Shown here: piece after piece, positions 13,000 to 27,121 of the stretch
Layout: the number at the start of each line of letters is the position of its first letter
Numbering within the stretch: position 1 is the first letter of the stretch
Source of the DNA: Camelus dromedarius
Taxonomy: Eukaryota
Assembly (NCBI RefSeq): GCF_036321535.1
Contig: NC_087437.1
Coordinates: 75,332,001-75,396,000, forward strand
Direction of reading: 5' to 3'
Length of the DNA stretch: 64,000 nucleotides
Made by a program: the position numbers and the translations under genes
The notes under the pieces: generated by a model
What the model was told of the DNA's origin: nothing
The model's database searches: none
Seen by the model: the letters and a program-made list of their open reading frames with translations, nothing else

Positions 13000-14781
13000 G
13001 TAAGTGTTTATGTATCTTGGCAGAAAAGGTGAGATGGCCCTTCCGCTGATCATAGATGCCCTGTCCTGACCACTTATGGGGAGGAAGCGGGGACAGCACC
13101 ATAGAACAACTAAAAAGTTATAGAAAATCTTTTTCCCCATTTTTCGTTTGGTCCTTGAGAGGGTCATCAAGTGTACCAGACCAATAACCCCCAAACATGA
13201 AATTACATCATTTGTTTCAGATCTGCCTCAAGGGGCATTTACTAGCCTAATCTTCATTGGTTGGACCTTCTGAGAATTAGGCACTTAAGATCTAAACCAT
13301 CTTCTCCCAAAAACTGGGGTCACAATGCCTTTAGTGGCCACTTTGATATTTCTAAACCCTTTAGCTACCATGAGATGTCAGATTCCCACAGATATGCACC
13401 AACAGAATGCTGCTTCCTAGACCACTAACTTCTGCATCAAATTCCAAACACCCAATGGATGTACCCTCAACTTTAATCACATTCTAGGTTCTGAAAAACT
13501 TTATCTTGTCTCTCCACTTAATTATTTTTATCCTCGGCAATTTTTGCTTTAGCTTACTTTGTTTAGCTCCGTTAACAGGGTGATGGTACTAATCTGAGGA
13601 TAACTAGACCATGAGAGTTGGAATGCAAAGTAAAATTAGATAATGCAGAGCAGAACTCAAAATCAATGAGTTATTGAGCTGTTGGAGACATTCATCTTTC
13701 TACGTCTGACATTGTTCTTTTGCTTCTTCTATTTGATGTTTTTGTGTTTTTTGCAGCATAAGAAGTATATCAAAATAGCAATCTGGTCCAATTTTCAAAC
13801 CATAGAAAATTTCTTTTCTAATGACCACTTTTTGGAGTTTGAATGATTTCTTTAGTATCATTGAACTCTATTATTCACTAGTTATTACTTCATTTTTGTA
13901 TACATTTTAGGTTGTTCAGTGTGCATTTGATTGATCCAACCATTGAGCCTTATGATAATGCATAACACAATACATAACACATAAGAATTCTGTGAAAGTC
14001 TGCTCATATTAGCCCTTTTACTTATTTAAAGGACAGTAGGCCCATAATACTTAGAATAAATATATTATTTGTAAATTTATAAATTCTTGAATGCCATGTA
14101 TTATAAAATTTCTCTCATAAAGTTTGGGTCTTTGAGGCTGACTGAAAGAAAACAAAGCCATGTTCCAGTTTGGGTGCTAAGTGGTCATTAAGGCTCACTT
14201 AGTGTAGATGACCTACCTGCATTGGCCCATCAGCCTGAGCACGTATGATTCAAATTCAAGACCGGTATACACCATTTGAAGCCACTGCTTGATATGAACC
14301 TCTAGATTACATAGGAATAAAGGCAAGCAAAAATACAGTTCAGTAATGTCAAGTGTCAGCTGTTATTATCTTAGGATAAATTTCCAAGTGTGAGGATTGA
14401 ACGGGAAGCTAGGGAGATTAGCAATGAGGAGGAATTTATGGTATGGAATTTGGAAATAGGCTATGGTATTTGCTGTTCTTGTTTATTTTGGTAAGTATCA
14501 ATTTTCCTTTCCTACTCAGGACAATTGCAACAAAAGAGAAACATTGCAAATAAATGAGCTCCCACATATACTTACACGGGCGTCACAGATTGTCAGTCTT
14601 TCATCCGTGTTTTTTTCTGAGTCCCCATTCCAAAATAACATTTTGTCACCAAATGTGGAAGTAGCTTTTGGCTAGTGGTTGCCAAGACAAGAATGAGGTT
14701 TGACCTGGGTGTGGAGGGCTTTCCGCATTACAGAATCTGCTAGAAGCTTCATCAGCTATACCTCTCTTATGTGCATCTCAG

Positions 14782-14874
14782 GGGACTCTACAAGATCAAA
14801 TCAAGCAAGTGAATCCTATCTTGGAAGCATTTGGAAATGCCAAAACCCTGAGAAATGACAACTCCTCTCGTTTT
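14782..14874 (+). CDS. MYH15: MYH15 coding exon 7 ([31 protein letters not shown], switch I)
   Basis: Acceptor catctcag; donor TTT|gtaagt; NDNSSRF motif. Confidence 0.95.
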
Positions 14875-14989
14875 GTAAGTAACATGATTGAGCAGTATAT
14901 CCGAGTCTTTAATTTTTAGCAAATGGCAAAACTCATGTCTGAGCACATAGGTCTGAAAAAAATTTTCTAGAACATCAAAAAAGGTTTTG

Positions 14990-15316
14990 TTTTCTTGTTG
15001 AAGTATAGTCGATTTACAATGTTGTGTTAATTTCTGGTGTACAGCATAGTGATTCAGTTATGCATGTATGTATACATTTTCATATTCTGTTTCATTATAG
15101 GCCATTACAAGGTATTGAATATAGTTCCCTGTGCTATACAGTAGGACCTTGCTTTTTATCTGTTTTATATATAGTACTCAGTATCTGCAAATCCCGAACT
15201 CCCAGCTTTTCCTTCCCCACCCTTTTGTCCCCCTGATAACCATAAATTTGTTTTCTATGTCTGTGAGTCTATTTCTGTTTGGTAAAGAAACTCATTTGTG
15301 TCATTTTTTTAGATTC
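14990..15316 (-). mobile_element. L1 3'-end fragment (artiodactyl-type)
   Basis: ttgaagtatagtcgatttacaatg...tagttccctgtgctatacagtaggacc; reverse complement of the 8384-type tail. Confidence 0.85.
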
Positions 15317-16064
15317 AAAGAAGATTTTTGATTAATGTTTATATTATTGTTAGATTCTCAAAAAGAAGTTTGCCAGCTTTATCATTAAGACAATTAAAAA
15401 CTACATAAAAATATGTGCCTGAGAAGCTTCTACTGTTTGGTCAATTTCAGGAAGAAAATTTTTGCCACAACAGTTTCAAGTTCCTTTCCACTCCTAGTAG
15501 GGAAGCTCACCCAGCAAAGCCTAATAATGTTTTTGTATTTTATTACATTCTCAAATGTGAAAGTACTTTCTCCTTCATAATTTCCTGTACTCCTTGTAAC
15601 AAGTCATTTTAGTAAACACTCCCTAATTCATTTACTACAATTATTATTTCTACTCTTGCCTATGGCCCCCCTTCCCCATGTAGTTTTCATTGGGGATTTT
15701 TTTGTTTTTAACTGGGAGAAAGCATTTTTTAAAGTAGCTTTTGCTAACTAGCAGTCCCACGGTAGAAGAAGGATTTGGATTTCAAACTAACTTCACTAAT
15801 CCATCCTGTGCCAAAAATGAGTGGCAGGGAGCCACCATATAATTTACAAGGAAATTTGCAGAAGGCTTCCTGTTTGAGTCTCTAGGCATAATTAAATAAT
15901 AGCTTCCTGCCGATTTGGCTGGTTTTCCTCCAAAGCCTTAGAGCTGCCCTGACGACACTTGCATCTGCTGGCGATGTCTGGCTGTGGAGCAGGTGCTAAT
16001 ACCGGTCCATGGAACAACGGCTAGATTTGGGATTTGTTAGAATGTGAAGAGATTTTCTGCTTAA

Positions 16065-16350
16065 ATGTGAAAGAAAGAAAGCTGGGGGAGAAAAAACCAA
16101 GACAGGGAAAAAGGATAGAAGGAAGAGAGGGAGCGAACAAAGGAAGATAAAGGAAAGGAAAGAAAGTGAAAGAAAAGAAGGGAAGGAAGAAAGAAAAGAA
16201 CAGGAAATGGAAAGAAAGCTAAATAAGGAAAGACAACAATTGAAAAAAACAAGAATGGGAAAAAAGTTGTAAGGATAGAGGGAAAGAAAGAAGTAGAGAA
16301 GCAAAGTTTAAAAAGATGAATGAAAGAAAGGAGAAGAGAGAAAAGGGAGT
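16065..16350 (+). repeat. Purine-rich (GA/GAAA) low-complexity tract, followed by a degenerate (TG/TA)n tract at 16397-16502
   Basis: Composition read directly from the sequence. Confidence 0.9.
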
Positions 16351-17204
16351 TCAAAAAAATCAAGAAATCCACGTTAAATTCTTTCAATTGATACTCTGTA
16401 TGTATACGTATATGTTTATGTGTGTAAATGTACACATGCTACATGTATATACATGCTTAGATATATGTGTGTGTTTATATTCATGTGTATGTTTGTGTGT
16501 GTGGCTCCCATTATCCTGCATTCTTTAACTTAACAGCTCAGTCCCCCTGTAGGTAGCCCTCTTCTTCCCTTTCCAGACTGCTGTCCTGCTCTGATTCCTT
16601 CCTTGAATGGGGCCACCTCCACGAGGCCGCTTTCCACTCTGCACCAGCCTCTTCATCCTGCAGACTCTAGCTGCCACTGGACTGCCTCCTTGGCTGCAAC
16701 TGGTGCTCTGACCTGCGCTCTGTCACCTCCAGGCAGACTTTCTGCCCCACTAGATCCTGTCTTATGGCTTTTCATTAATAAGGAAGAAACGGAGCCCCAT
16801 CTGTTCATGCCAAAGTGGTGTTTTAAACATAAATCAGATCACACCACTCCTCTGCTTAAAACTGCCCAGTGTCTTCTGAGCACACAAAACAAAACCTCCT
16901 GTGACCACCTGGCTTACATAATATGATGCCTGTCTACTCTCTTTTCTCTTACTTGCTAATTTCCTGTACAACTGGCTTTCCTTTTGATTTCAAGACACAC
17001 CAAATGTTCCTATGTTAGAGCTGTTGCATTAACTACTTACACTAGAATCTAGAAAAGAGGGGACCACACCTATCTTTCTAATGTGTTATCTCCAGTGCCT
17101 AGCAGGTTTTCTGGATTGTAGTAGATGCTCAACAAATGTTTGTTGGAAAAAAGTGAAAGAATACGCTAAGCAGATACTCTTTTTCTCATTTTTGGATAAA
17201 AGGC

Positions 17205-17498
17205 CCCAAAATAGAAACAGACTCACAGACATAGAAAATAAACCTATGGTTGGCAAAGGGGAAAGGGAGCAGGGTAGGGATAAATTAGGAGTATGAGACT
17301 AACAGATACAAATTATTATACATGAAATAGATAAGCAACAAGGATTTACTGTATAGCACAGGGAACCATCTCCAGTATCTTATAATAACCAATAATGGAA
17401 GAGAATATGAAACACACACATATATAAAACTGAATAAATTTGCTGTATACCTGAAACTAACACAATATTGTAAATCAACTATACTTTAATAAAAAAAG
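17205..17498 (+). mobile_element. L1 3'-end fragment (artiodactyl-type)
   Basis: aaacagactcacagacatagaaaa...ctgtatagcacagggaac...gtaaatcaactatactttaataaaaaaa. Confidence 0.85.
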
Positions 17499-17776
17499 AT
17501 TTGGGTTCCCTTAAACAACAACAACAAAAAGAACACTGAGTCCCAGAGAGATTCTGTGATGCACACGGCACACACAGCCGGGCATCAGCAGGTCTGAGAC
17601 TAGACTCCAGACCACTGCTGGTCCTGATGACCACTCTGGCTGCTTCTTCGCATTCACTGGTGCCCTCTCAGACCCAGGTTGCATTTTTTAACTTTAGGGG
17701 AAGTAATCACTTTAAGAGGAACATGTATAATGAAGCCATTGCAACTCTTGGGAATGTTTGTTCTGTGTCCACTCAG

Positions 17777-17840
17777 GGCAAATTCATCAGGATGCACTTT
17801 TGTGCCAGAGGCAAGCTGTCATCTGCAGACATTGACATCT
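17777..17840 (+). CDS. MYH15: MYH15 coding exon 8 (GKFIRMHFCARGKLSSADIDI)
   Basis: Acceptor actcag; donor T|gtgagt; followed by an 86-nt intron. Confidence 0.94.
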
Positions 17841-17926
17841 GTGAGTAGCATTGCACTGTGATTACTTTTCTTCTAATTTTGCAAGATCACCTAAGTATGA
17901 ATCTTTATTGATATCTCATCATGCAG

Positions 17927-18022
17927 ATTTGCTTGAAAAATCCCGGGTGATTTTCCAGCAGCCAGGGGAGAGAAACTACCATATATTCTATCAAATTCTG
18001 TCAGGAAAAAAAGAACTTCATG
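17927..18022 (+). CDS. MYH15: MYH15 coding exon 9 ([32 protein letters not shown])
   Basis: Acceptor atgcag; donor G|gtaagt; LLEKSRV and ERNYHIFYQ motifs. Confidence 0.95.
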
Positions 18023-18641
18023 GTAAGTGTATTATTTTGGAGCTGGGGGTCCTTCTAAAACAAGAGGCAGAAGTCAGATTATCGGACCTGAAAAAGTGCT
18101 ATTTAATAATTCTCACAGCCTCTTTAGAACTCAGTATATTCATCCTAAAATGTAAGAAATTGAGCCAATGTTCTATAAATTTATATGGATAGAGAGTAAA
18201 TGGTAACAGTTTTTTTTTTTTTTTACAACTTGGTAGTGTTTGGAAGTAGACAGGCAACCAGCAGAGGTAAATAAATGTGTGTGTGTATATATGTGTGTGT
18301 GTCTAAAAAGCATTAGATATTTTAAGGCCTTAAATGGTTAGAACCACTAATCCTTTAAGTCGGTGGTATAGACAAGAGGCCGCAGGTGGGATACATCACT
18401 ATGTGTGTAGCAGTCAATGAGAGTTTTGCAAAGAAGGGAGGATTTAGGTTAGGGTATGAAGAATGTGAAGGAGATTTAACCAGAGTGGAGGGTATTTCCC
18501 TCAGGAAGAGAAGTGCATACAATATCAGGAAAAGGCAGGACAAGATTAGGGAACAGAGAGACCAGGCTAACTGGAGGAAAGGATTTGCATAGAGGAGTAG
18601 TGAGATTTGGTTCTGATGGTTTCTGAACTCAGAGAGTTGGG

Positions 18642-18644
<3 letters not shown>

Positions 18645-18678
<34 letters not shown>
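18645..18678 (+). repeat. (GT)n microsatellite, ~17 units
   Basis: Perfect GT run read directly. Confidence 0.95.
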
Positions 18679-18681
<3 letters not shown>

Positions 18682-19024
18682 GTCGGGGCGGGATGGGGTC
18701 ATAGTAGATCACGATTTGTTGAGAGCAGTAACACTTGAGCTGGTATGGTGGGCAGGATGGACTGAAGGCAGAAACACCGAGGGAAGTGATTGTAGGAGTC
18801 CCAGTATGAGATGACAAGACAATTGTCCAGTGCAGTGTTTGTGGGAATGGGGGAGAAAAGAGGATGGATTCACGGAAGAATAGAAGGTCTTGGCAATGAT
18901 TAATTGTAGAAATGAGGAAGACTGGTGAGTCAAAAATCCCCCCAAATTTGGTAATTTGACTAGGATAAAAGTAGTCCCATGGACAGAAATAGAAAAGCAA
19001 CTTGTAGGGTTAGAGGATGAATTT

Positions 19025-19600
19025 CATGTATTCATTCAACAAATATTGATTGTGGGGCTGCTCTGTGTGTGCCTGGCTCTGCTTTTTAAGAACAAGGAGT
19101 AGAGAAGGAAATAAGACAGGCAGGTTCCTGCCTCATGAGCTTACATTCTAGTATGGAAGACAGTAACAAACAAGTAAACAAAGAAATATACATTTCAGAG
19201 ACTGTAGGTCTAAAGAGAAAAATAAAGTGGGTAAAGGGACGGGATGAAATGGGGATTGGTAGGGTAGTGGGTAAGTTATATCTTAGATACAAGAGCAGAA
19301 AAGAAAATGAGATGGCAATATTTTCCAGAAAGCTGAATGAATAAGGGAACAAGTAGGCAAAGATTTCCAGGAAGAAAGTTCTTGGAGGAAGAAACAGTCA
19401 GTGCAAAGGCCCTGAGGTAGGAATGCATTTAGTTTATTCTTGGAATAGCACAATGGCCATTGTGGCAGAGTGGAGGAGGTAATGCAGGGAGAGGTAGGCA
19501 GGGCCAGACCAAGCAGCACCTTGCAGGCTATGGCAAAGAGTTTACATCTTGAGTGCTATGGAAGGTCACTGGAAGGGGAGATTGACAAGCTGATTGGATT
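19025..19600 (-). mobile_element. LINE-2 3' region
   Basis: attcattcaacaaatattg start; cctgcctcatgagcttacattctagt; gtgcaaaggccctgagg. Confidence 0.75.
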
Positions 19601-22600
19601 TGCATGTGAATTAAGCCATTGAGGGTAATAGCGCTTCCACAGGAGTGAATATGGGATGATATCTGAGATCCAGGTGAACAAATTGATGGGGAACAATCCC
19701 CCAGCCCGTTATGCTTAGATTAAGTATGGAATAAATCCCGCAGCATTTTGACTACATGGTCCTCAATTCCCAAGTGCCCTCACCAAATGGAGGAAGCTCT
19801 GCAAACTAGACAATTATTTTTGCCAGGGTGCAGCTGATGATAGAAGAACCGCTATTCTCCTTCCCACCTTCCCTCCACCTAAACCTGGTACAGATTGTTT
19901 TTGTTTCCCTTTCATTTGTCCTGACAAATCTAACATTCTTGACACACATAGGGTCCCGTGTGGGTACCAGCAGTGAATGCAAGATGTTTTGGAGCATCTC
20001 TGTTTATTAGCAGAACCATCTGAAGACTCTGGGCTGCTATGGAAAATTCATACTTATCAGGAGTTCATGAACTTGGTTGAGTCTCTGGGCTGCTGAGCTT
20101 GATTACTGTACAAAGACTGACATCTGGTGGTCCAAGTTGGGTATTGTCAGTCCACTTGTTTATGACACCAATTATCATTCTTTGGGACGTTGTAAATGTT
20201 TGAACTCTTTCTACTTATGGCTGACAACGAAGAGTTTCAAGTGTCCTGAGCAGAGACTCAAGAGGGCACATCTTTGCAATATGTGGATTATGTCCAAGTT
20301 TCCTAAAATTGGAGCATTTGTGTGTGGAAAATTACCGCAGAGGCTGGCCACCTGCTGAAGGAGCCAAGGAAATGGAGTGATGTGTTACCCCAGAGCCAGT
20401 CCCAGTCGAGCCTCTACATGGCCTGAGCATCCTTTCTCCCCTTTCCTTTCAGTTCAGGCTGACTCTTGTTCCAGGCACAGCTAGAACCCACTTTCTCCAT
20501 TCCCTCAGAGATGGCTCCTAGAAACTCTTCAGATCTCAGCACCATCTGTATAGCTTGGTCTGGCATGTATTTTCCTTTTTCTCTTCATTTCTTTGACTTT
20601 TTTTCTATTTATTTATTGTACTCATTCTTGCTATTCAAGCGGTCTCTAAACTCAAGGAAGAGAGGTAAGGAAACCAGTTCTTGCCTCTTGGAATCCTTGA
20701 CCCTTTGCCTAGTGCCCTGAGCACTCACTCCATAAAGTGTGTGATGGTGATACACAGTGGTGATTGCCAAGAGATGCTCCTGAGTCTGTCTACTGGTGGC
20801 CTGAATGCCCTGGAGGGAGAAATGGTCGGCACCTGGACCTCCCATTCTGGAGAATATTCAGTTGTGCCCCTTTACCCATCTCTCTTGAACTGGTCTCCTA
20901 TCTTTACTCCCTTTCTCCCCACTGGTTGTTAGAGGGCACAAGATATGTGTATGGTTGTGGAGATGGTGCACTTCCCAACACCAGAGAATGCTATTCAAAC
21001 TGTAGACTATGTGAATGATTCTCTCTGCAGTTGAGCAGTGCACAACCTCTTCAGCTGTACATGGCAGTACTGAGAAACAGGTAACGATGGGTGGTGTGGC
21101 ATAGAGGTACTCGCTATAGAACTTTGTGAGCCTGAACTTTTTTTTGGCCCGATGTCAGCTTTGCTCTTTTACATAGTAAATATAGTTGAGTCTTGGAGAA
21201 CATTCAGCCATTTAGAAAGCAAAATTTAATGTCAGGATAACACGTAAGACAAAATTTTGAATGATAAAATACTCTTAATGGGTTCTCTGCATCCTCTACC
21301 AGAGGGTGGGTCTAACAATGAACCCGTACAAAGTTTTCATCTGTAGTTTTTGAAATTGTGAAGCAGTTGACTTTTAGCCCTTTAGCATCCTCTCATTCTT
21401 TCTCTCTCTGCTACCCACCTCACTCCTCCAGACAAGCTCCCCTGCCCTCCATGTGCCCACAGCCTGGTCAGCAATCTTCTGTGTGGGCCTTACCTGCCTA
21501 GACAGTCTCTCTGGCCCTAATAGTATCTCATAATAAATGCATTCACTTTTTTTTTTCATTCTCTCAAGGCCATTTCTCTTGGTAGAAATGAAATTAATTA
21601 AATAAAGGAATCCCTGTTTATGTGATACTCCTCTGAGATAGCCTCAAGCCTCAACCCAATTAAAATTCATTGCTCCTTGAAAACAAGTTTTGGTAAGGCC
21701 CAGTGGGGAAGATGTTTTGAGCTCAGGGCTTCTCAGAGCTCCTCAAACCCTCATGCTTTTAGCCTCTACATTCTCTAGAGCAGCACATCATTCTGAGTGC
21801 AGCTGTTCCAGTGAGTGGTTATGCTGGCGCAGCAGCCGTGTTCCCCCTCATAAGGAGGTTTACTGGGTGTGCTTAGTGACTTCTAGAAATGATGTGCCTG
21901 GAGCGGGGAGGTGATGAGGGAGAAATACACACAAAGCACTTGGGCCCGCCGTTCTGCCTTAATACTAGCTCCCTCCTGAATCTTGATTCCTCTCTCTTCT
22001 TCCCAGTCCTCTAGTCCTCAGGCATGGGGTGTTCTTTCCCTTTGCTCAGTCTCCCTCAGCGCTTGTCCAGTGTCGAGCCTGCTTACGTGGAAGCAAGACC
22101 CTCCTTCTGTCCATGCCAAAGAAGGAAATGGAATTCCGTCATAGTTATAAACACAGGCTGGGTGGGTAGGTGGCAGAGTCTAACAGAAGTCTTAGAAGCG
22201 ATGCGCTAAATTCAATGTGTCATTAATGTGATTCTGGGCAAGTAGTGAGCCTTTCTAGTCAACTATTTCCCTATATTAACATAGAGAAAATAATGTCAAA
22301 TATGGCATATTTGACCGTCATGACCAGGATGAAAATGATCAAAAATGACAAAGGAAACATGACAGTAAAATGAAAATTCTCTAAAAGGTTGATTTAGTAT
22401 AATCTAAAAGATAATTCTTGGCAAAGCAATCTTGGGAAGCAGATTTATTTTTAAATGAGTCAGTCAACTGATACATAGCCCCTCCCTAAAGACACACAGG
22501 AGCATTTTTCGCACTGTTGGGGGTGTTATTCCTCTAGCTTCCTTGAGAGAAAGGACCATTTTAGTTTTGCATCTCTCCCTCTTCCCTCTTACTTACGGTA

Positions 22601-22944
22601 GAGAAAAAAGAGTAAATAAATGCTTTGATTTGAGCTGTGAAGGAGGTGAACAGGCAAGACGTTGCAGCAGGTGTCTGGCCTGGGGTGGTGGTGACATTCA
22701 CTGGCATAAGGAACCACAGAAGAGGAACAGCTTCAGGGCAGACATGGAAAACATCATAGATTTAACTGTGGTGATGTTGGGTTTGAGCTACTTGTGGTCA
22801 TCCACACTGAAATGTGTGTTGGGAAGTTGGACATTTACGTGTGGAGCTCTGAAAATAAATACAGATTTGAGAGTTTTCAGTAAAGACATGAATGAAACTT
22901 GCCAAAGAATCTATAGAGATATTTGACAGTGTGCAGTCAGGACA

Positions 22945-24170
22945 GTATTTGATACCCCTGATTATTCCCTCTTCTTTGAAAATCTCCCCTCGTGGCTTCT
23001 AGTGTGCCACCCTCTCTTGTTTCTCTCCTAAATCTCTGGGCAGTGCTTTGCAGGTTTCTTTCTTTCATCTAGCCCATGACTTTAGAATGCCCTGGGGCTG
23101 AGTCTTTGGATCTGTCTTATGACAGATCATCTAGACTGACAGCTTTAAAGATATTTCTATCTGATGACTTCCAAAGTTTGATCATGAGTCTAGACTTTTC
23201 TTTAGTATTCCAGACTCCTAGCTAACTGATTCTTCTATGTCTCCCCTTGGATGTTTAATCGGCATCTCAAACTTCATTTCCTAAAACCTAGTTCCTGGAC
23301 TTCACCCTGCCAGACCTGCTCCTACCACAGTGTTTCCCAGGTCAGCTGAAGGCAGCTCCATCCTTCCACTTGCCTGGGCCCAAACCTTGGAGTTATCCTT
23401 GATCAGCCTTTTCTCCCACCTTATTCTCATTTGTTCCACCAGCAAATCCTATTGACTTTACTTTCAAAATTCAAACTCTGGCCAGTTCTCACCATGTCTG
23501 TTGTTACTTCCCCAGTCAAGTACCACCATCTCTCTCCTGAATTATTCAGCACTTTCCTGGTATCCCTGCTCCCATCACTGTCCCTCTGTCTTTACTCCAG
23601 CAGCCATAGTAAATTAAAAAAAAGTCAGATGATGTCACTCCTCTGTTCAAAGACCTATAATGGCTTCTTATCTCACATAGTACATAAATGCCCACATCCT
23701 CACCATGGCCTGTGAGACTCTGTCATCTGGCTTCTGGATGCCTCTCTGACCTCATGACCCACTTCTTCTTTGACCTACCTGAACCACTCTCACTTCAGGG
23801 CCTTTGCATTGACTTTTTCTTTCTGGAATATTCTTCCCCTTCTTATCCATAATTCTGTCCCTCAACTATTTCAGGTCTTACTCAAATGTCACCTTATAGA
23901 GGCCTTCCCTGATCACCCTACTAAAAACTTCAACTTTCCATCTCCAGTACTTTGTATTCCCTTTCCCTGCTTGTATTTTTCTCCATAGCACTTATGACCA
24001 TCTTACATGCCATATATTTTACTCATTTTTTTTTTAACTTTTGTCTCCTCTTGTTGGGATATTAGCTTTATGAAGACAGGAGCAGGATTTTTTTTTTCAC
24101 TGATCTATCCCTGAAACTTACAATAATGCCTGACACATTATTTGATCCACAAATATTTGTTGATATAAAT
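22945..24170 (+). mobile_element. LINE-2 3' region
   Basis: ccttggatgtttaatcggcatctcaaact, ccaaaccttggagttatccttga, cagggcctttgcatt and terminal aaatatttgttga motifs. Confidence 0.8.
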
Positions 24171-24339
24171 TGAGACATGAGGAAGAATATAAGGAGATTC
24201 CTGAGAAATCTTAACATTTAAGGAACATTTGAATCACCATTCAAGTAAATACTTTAGAAAATTATTATGGATTATATTTCTACTTAAAAATATATATTGT
24301 ACTTGCATTCAGCCTGATTTCTTTTGGGCTAGCCCAATT

Positions 24340-24810
24340 ACTTTTATAAAATAGCTTATTGAAATATTATCAACATAAGTATAAGCGATGACATATGTAT
24401 CCATGAAGTAAACCCATCACCACAGTCAAGATAATGTATGAATCCATTCAAAAGTCTTCTCGTGACCTCTTATAATTCCTCTCTCCTGCCCTTTCTCATT
24501 CCCTCAACCCCTCCTCTTTTGACCCAGTCCTTAGGCAACCACTGATGTGCTCTCTGTCACTACAGATTAGATTGCATTTCTAGAATTTTGTAAGATGGAA
24601 TCATACAGTATATATTCTTTTGTCTGGCTTATTTCATGCGGCATGATTATTCTGAGATCCTTTTGTGTTCATTCACGTATTCATAGTTCATTCCTTTGTT
24701 TGCTGAGTAATAATAATCCACTGTATGGATACAATACAGTTTGTTAACTATTGATAGACATTTGGATGGTTTCCATATAGAGCTGCTATGAATATTCATG
24801 TAGCCCAGCT
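24340..24810 (-). mobile_element. Old L1 (L1MB/MC-like) 3' region
   Basis: aggcaaccactgat...atggaatcatacagtatat...gatagacatttggatggtttcca. Confidence 0.7.
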
Positions 24811-25591
24811 TTTTTGTTTTTGAGATTTGGGGTTCAGGATAATAGAGCATCACAACGTTGAGTAATAAACAGGAAACTCGGATCAGCTCAAAAAAACTTC
24901 ACTGGGAGTGAGTGTCAGGCTTTAAGAGGTTAATGTGATTTGGCCAAGTCAATTGCTGTTGTGCCTCTGACAGCCTGCCTTGGCTTCAGCCTGCATTATG
25001 TTTCCTGACTAAGTGAATCATGTCAGGAGTCTTAGACATATCAGAGGTGCAGCGTTGAACACAGTAGCTGATTTACGGATCTCTTGAAAGACAGACTTAG
25101 CCTCCTAATAGGCAGGACATGATGTGACAGGATTATACTGCTAATGTTCCCGAGGTGCTGACCCCAGGGTCTGCCTACTTTCTAGCCTTTGAAGCTTAGG
25201 CCTGTTATAATTTTACAAACCATTTTTTCTCCTCCAGCTCTCAACCACGCATCTAGGCCAAATTCCTGTTTTCAAAATTTTGCCAACATGCATTATCTGG
25301 TTTTTATTTTATTTTTTTTTCTTTTTTCACACCAGTTCAGGATACTGCAATTGAATCTGCTTTCAGATTTGGCCTGCCTGGTCTCCTCTCAGAAGGCATT
25401 AACACATGACTGACAAGTTAATAGAGGGCAAAAATTGATTGCAGAGGTTTAGGTGTAGAATATGGATTTTATCTTGGCTTGTTTACAAGTATGCTGTAAG
25501 CTGTAAGAGTAAACTGTGAATATTGGTCAATTACTTTCTAAAGCCTCGTGGATTTCTTTAAGCTGTTTAACTGACAGTTTTCCCACTGCAG

Positions 25592-25695
25592 ATATGCTCC
25601 TGGTGTCTGAAAATCCCTCTGACTTTCACTTTTGCTCTCATGGGGTCGTCGCTGTGGAGAGCTTGGATGATGCTGAAGAATTGCTGGTCACAGAT
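25592..25695 (+). CDS. MYH15: MYH15 coding exon 10 ([35 protein letters not shown])
   Basis: Acceptor ttcccactgcag; donor GAT|gtaagg; phase consistent. Confidence 0.93.
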
Positions 25696-26982
25696 GTAAG
25701 GCTTGTTACTTATCAGAGCAAAGTCTAGTAAAGACAATGAGCAATGAAAGAAAGCATCTTAGATCTTTTGTCTTTCAAAGGGTTCTGGACAAGTGAACTT
25801 CCTTCCCCTAGGGGTGAGAATACAAGGAGCCCCTCCAGGACTGCTTCTGTCCAGTTTACTTATTTAATGTAAAAACGTACATTGTCAGTATCATAATTTC
25901 AGAACATATGGAAGAGTAAGAAGATGCTTCAGCTCAATGACAGCCACTGTTTTTATTTGGAGTATAACTTTATGGTCTTTATGTTTTTTTTTTTCTCCTT
26001 GGGGTTGCTATTGTATAGTTGTTTTGGTGGGTTTATTTTTTTAAATTAAAGATTATAATCATACTGAATATGCTATTAGACATATCGTTTGCTTTTTTGA
26101 TTAATCTTAAGCATTTTCAGTGTTATTACAAACTCTTCATACTCATTTAAATGGACACTTAATATTTGATCAGACGTTTGTTCTAAGTTTGCTTAGCCAT
26201 TCTCCTATTGTTAGACTAAAGGTCGTGGGATTTTTTCCCTACTGTCATGAATATCTTTGTAGGCGAATACTTTTATGGTAGATCAGATTCACTTGTGCTA
26301 GATTCCTAAAAGTGAAATTACTAGGTAAGGATTATGAATTTTTTATAGTCTATTGATACACATTCTAAATTAACCGCTAGAAATATTGTACGAATTTCCA
26401 CCCTCCTGGCGGGTGTGAGAACACACATCTTACCATGTGCAGTGGCTTGTTAGGATGCTGTTCTTTGGTGACATGGTTTTTCTTTTCTTAAACACTTCCT
26501 TTTGCCAGTCTTTGAAATGGACTTGCACTGGGATAAAGTTGGGGGAACATATGGGATCCCAGAAATAAGCCACCCTATCAGATATGGTGCTACTTCCTTC
26601 TGTAACCATGAAAGGCAAAGTAATGTACCTCGTAGAGCCAGTTAATGGTGGATTGTTGGAAGGGAGAGGAGGGGAGCAAGGCATTGGAGGGAAGTTCTAA
26701 AACCACTGGAAATTAAACAAGTCAAGTCATTTGCCTTCCTAATTCTCTTTTAAAGGGATAAGCAGACTGCAGGTGACCAAGTGCCAACAGGGCCGATTTG
26801 CACAGCTTTGAACGGAGCTGTTACACATTGCGGCTGTGGCAGTGATCCATCTTCTTCCCTTCTTCCCTTCGGCAGCCCATAGCCCATGGAGCGGAGGGAG
26901 GTGTGACACACAGCGGGGGTGAGGCACTCACTGCAGCCATTAGGCAAATGAAGAACTTGGCCATCTGCTTTTCTTTTTACAG

Positions 26983-27121
26983 CGAGCCTTGGACATCTTG
27001 GGCTTTCTTCCTCATGAGAAGCATGGAGCCTATAAACTCACTGGTGCCATCCTGCACTTTGGAAACATGACATTTAAACAGAAACCCAGAGAAGAGCAAG
27101 TGGAAGCAGATGGCACAGAAA
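26983..27121 (+). CDS. MYH15: MYH15 coding exon 11 (RALDILGF...[30 protein letters not shown])
   Basis: Acceptor ttctttttacag; donor A|gtaagg. Confidence 0.95.

Noticed and set aside
15996..16435. Hydrophobic Phe/Leu/Ser-rich ORFs resembling membrane proteins
   Set aside because: They are translations of the TC-rich strand of a low-complexity tract.
19670..21010. Non-repetitive-looking 1.3-kb stretch with several short ORFs in intron 9
   Set aside because: I could not assign it to any protein or repeat family, and no motif is strong enough to support a claim without a database search.
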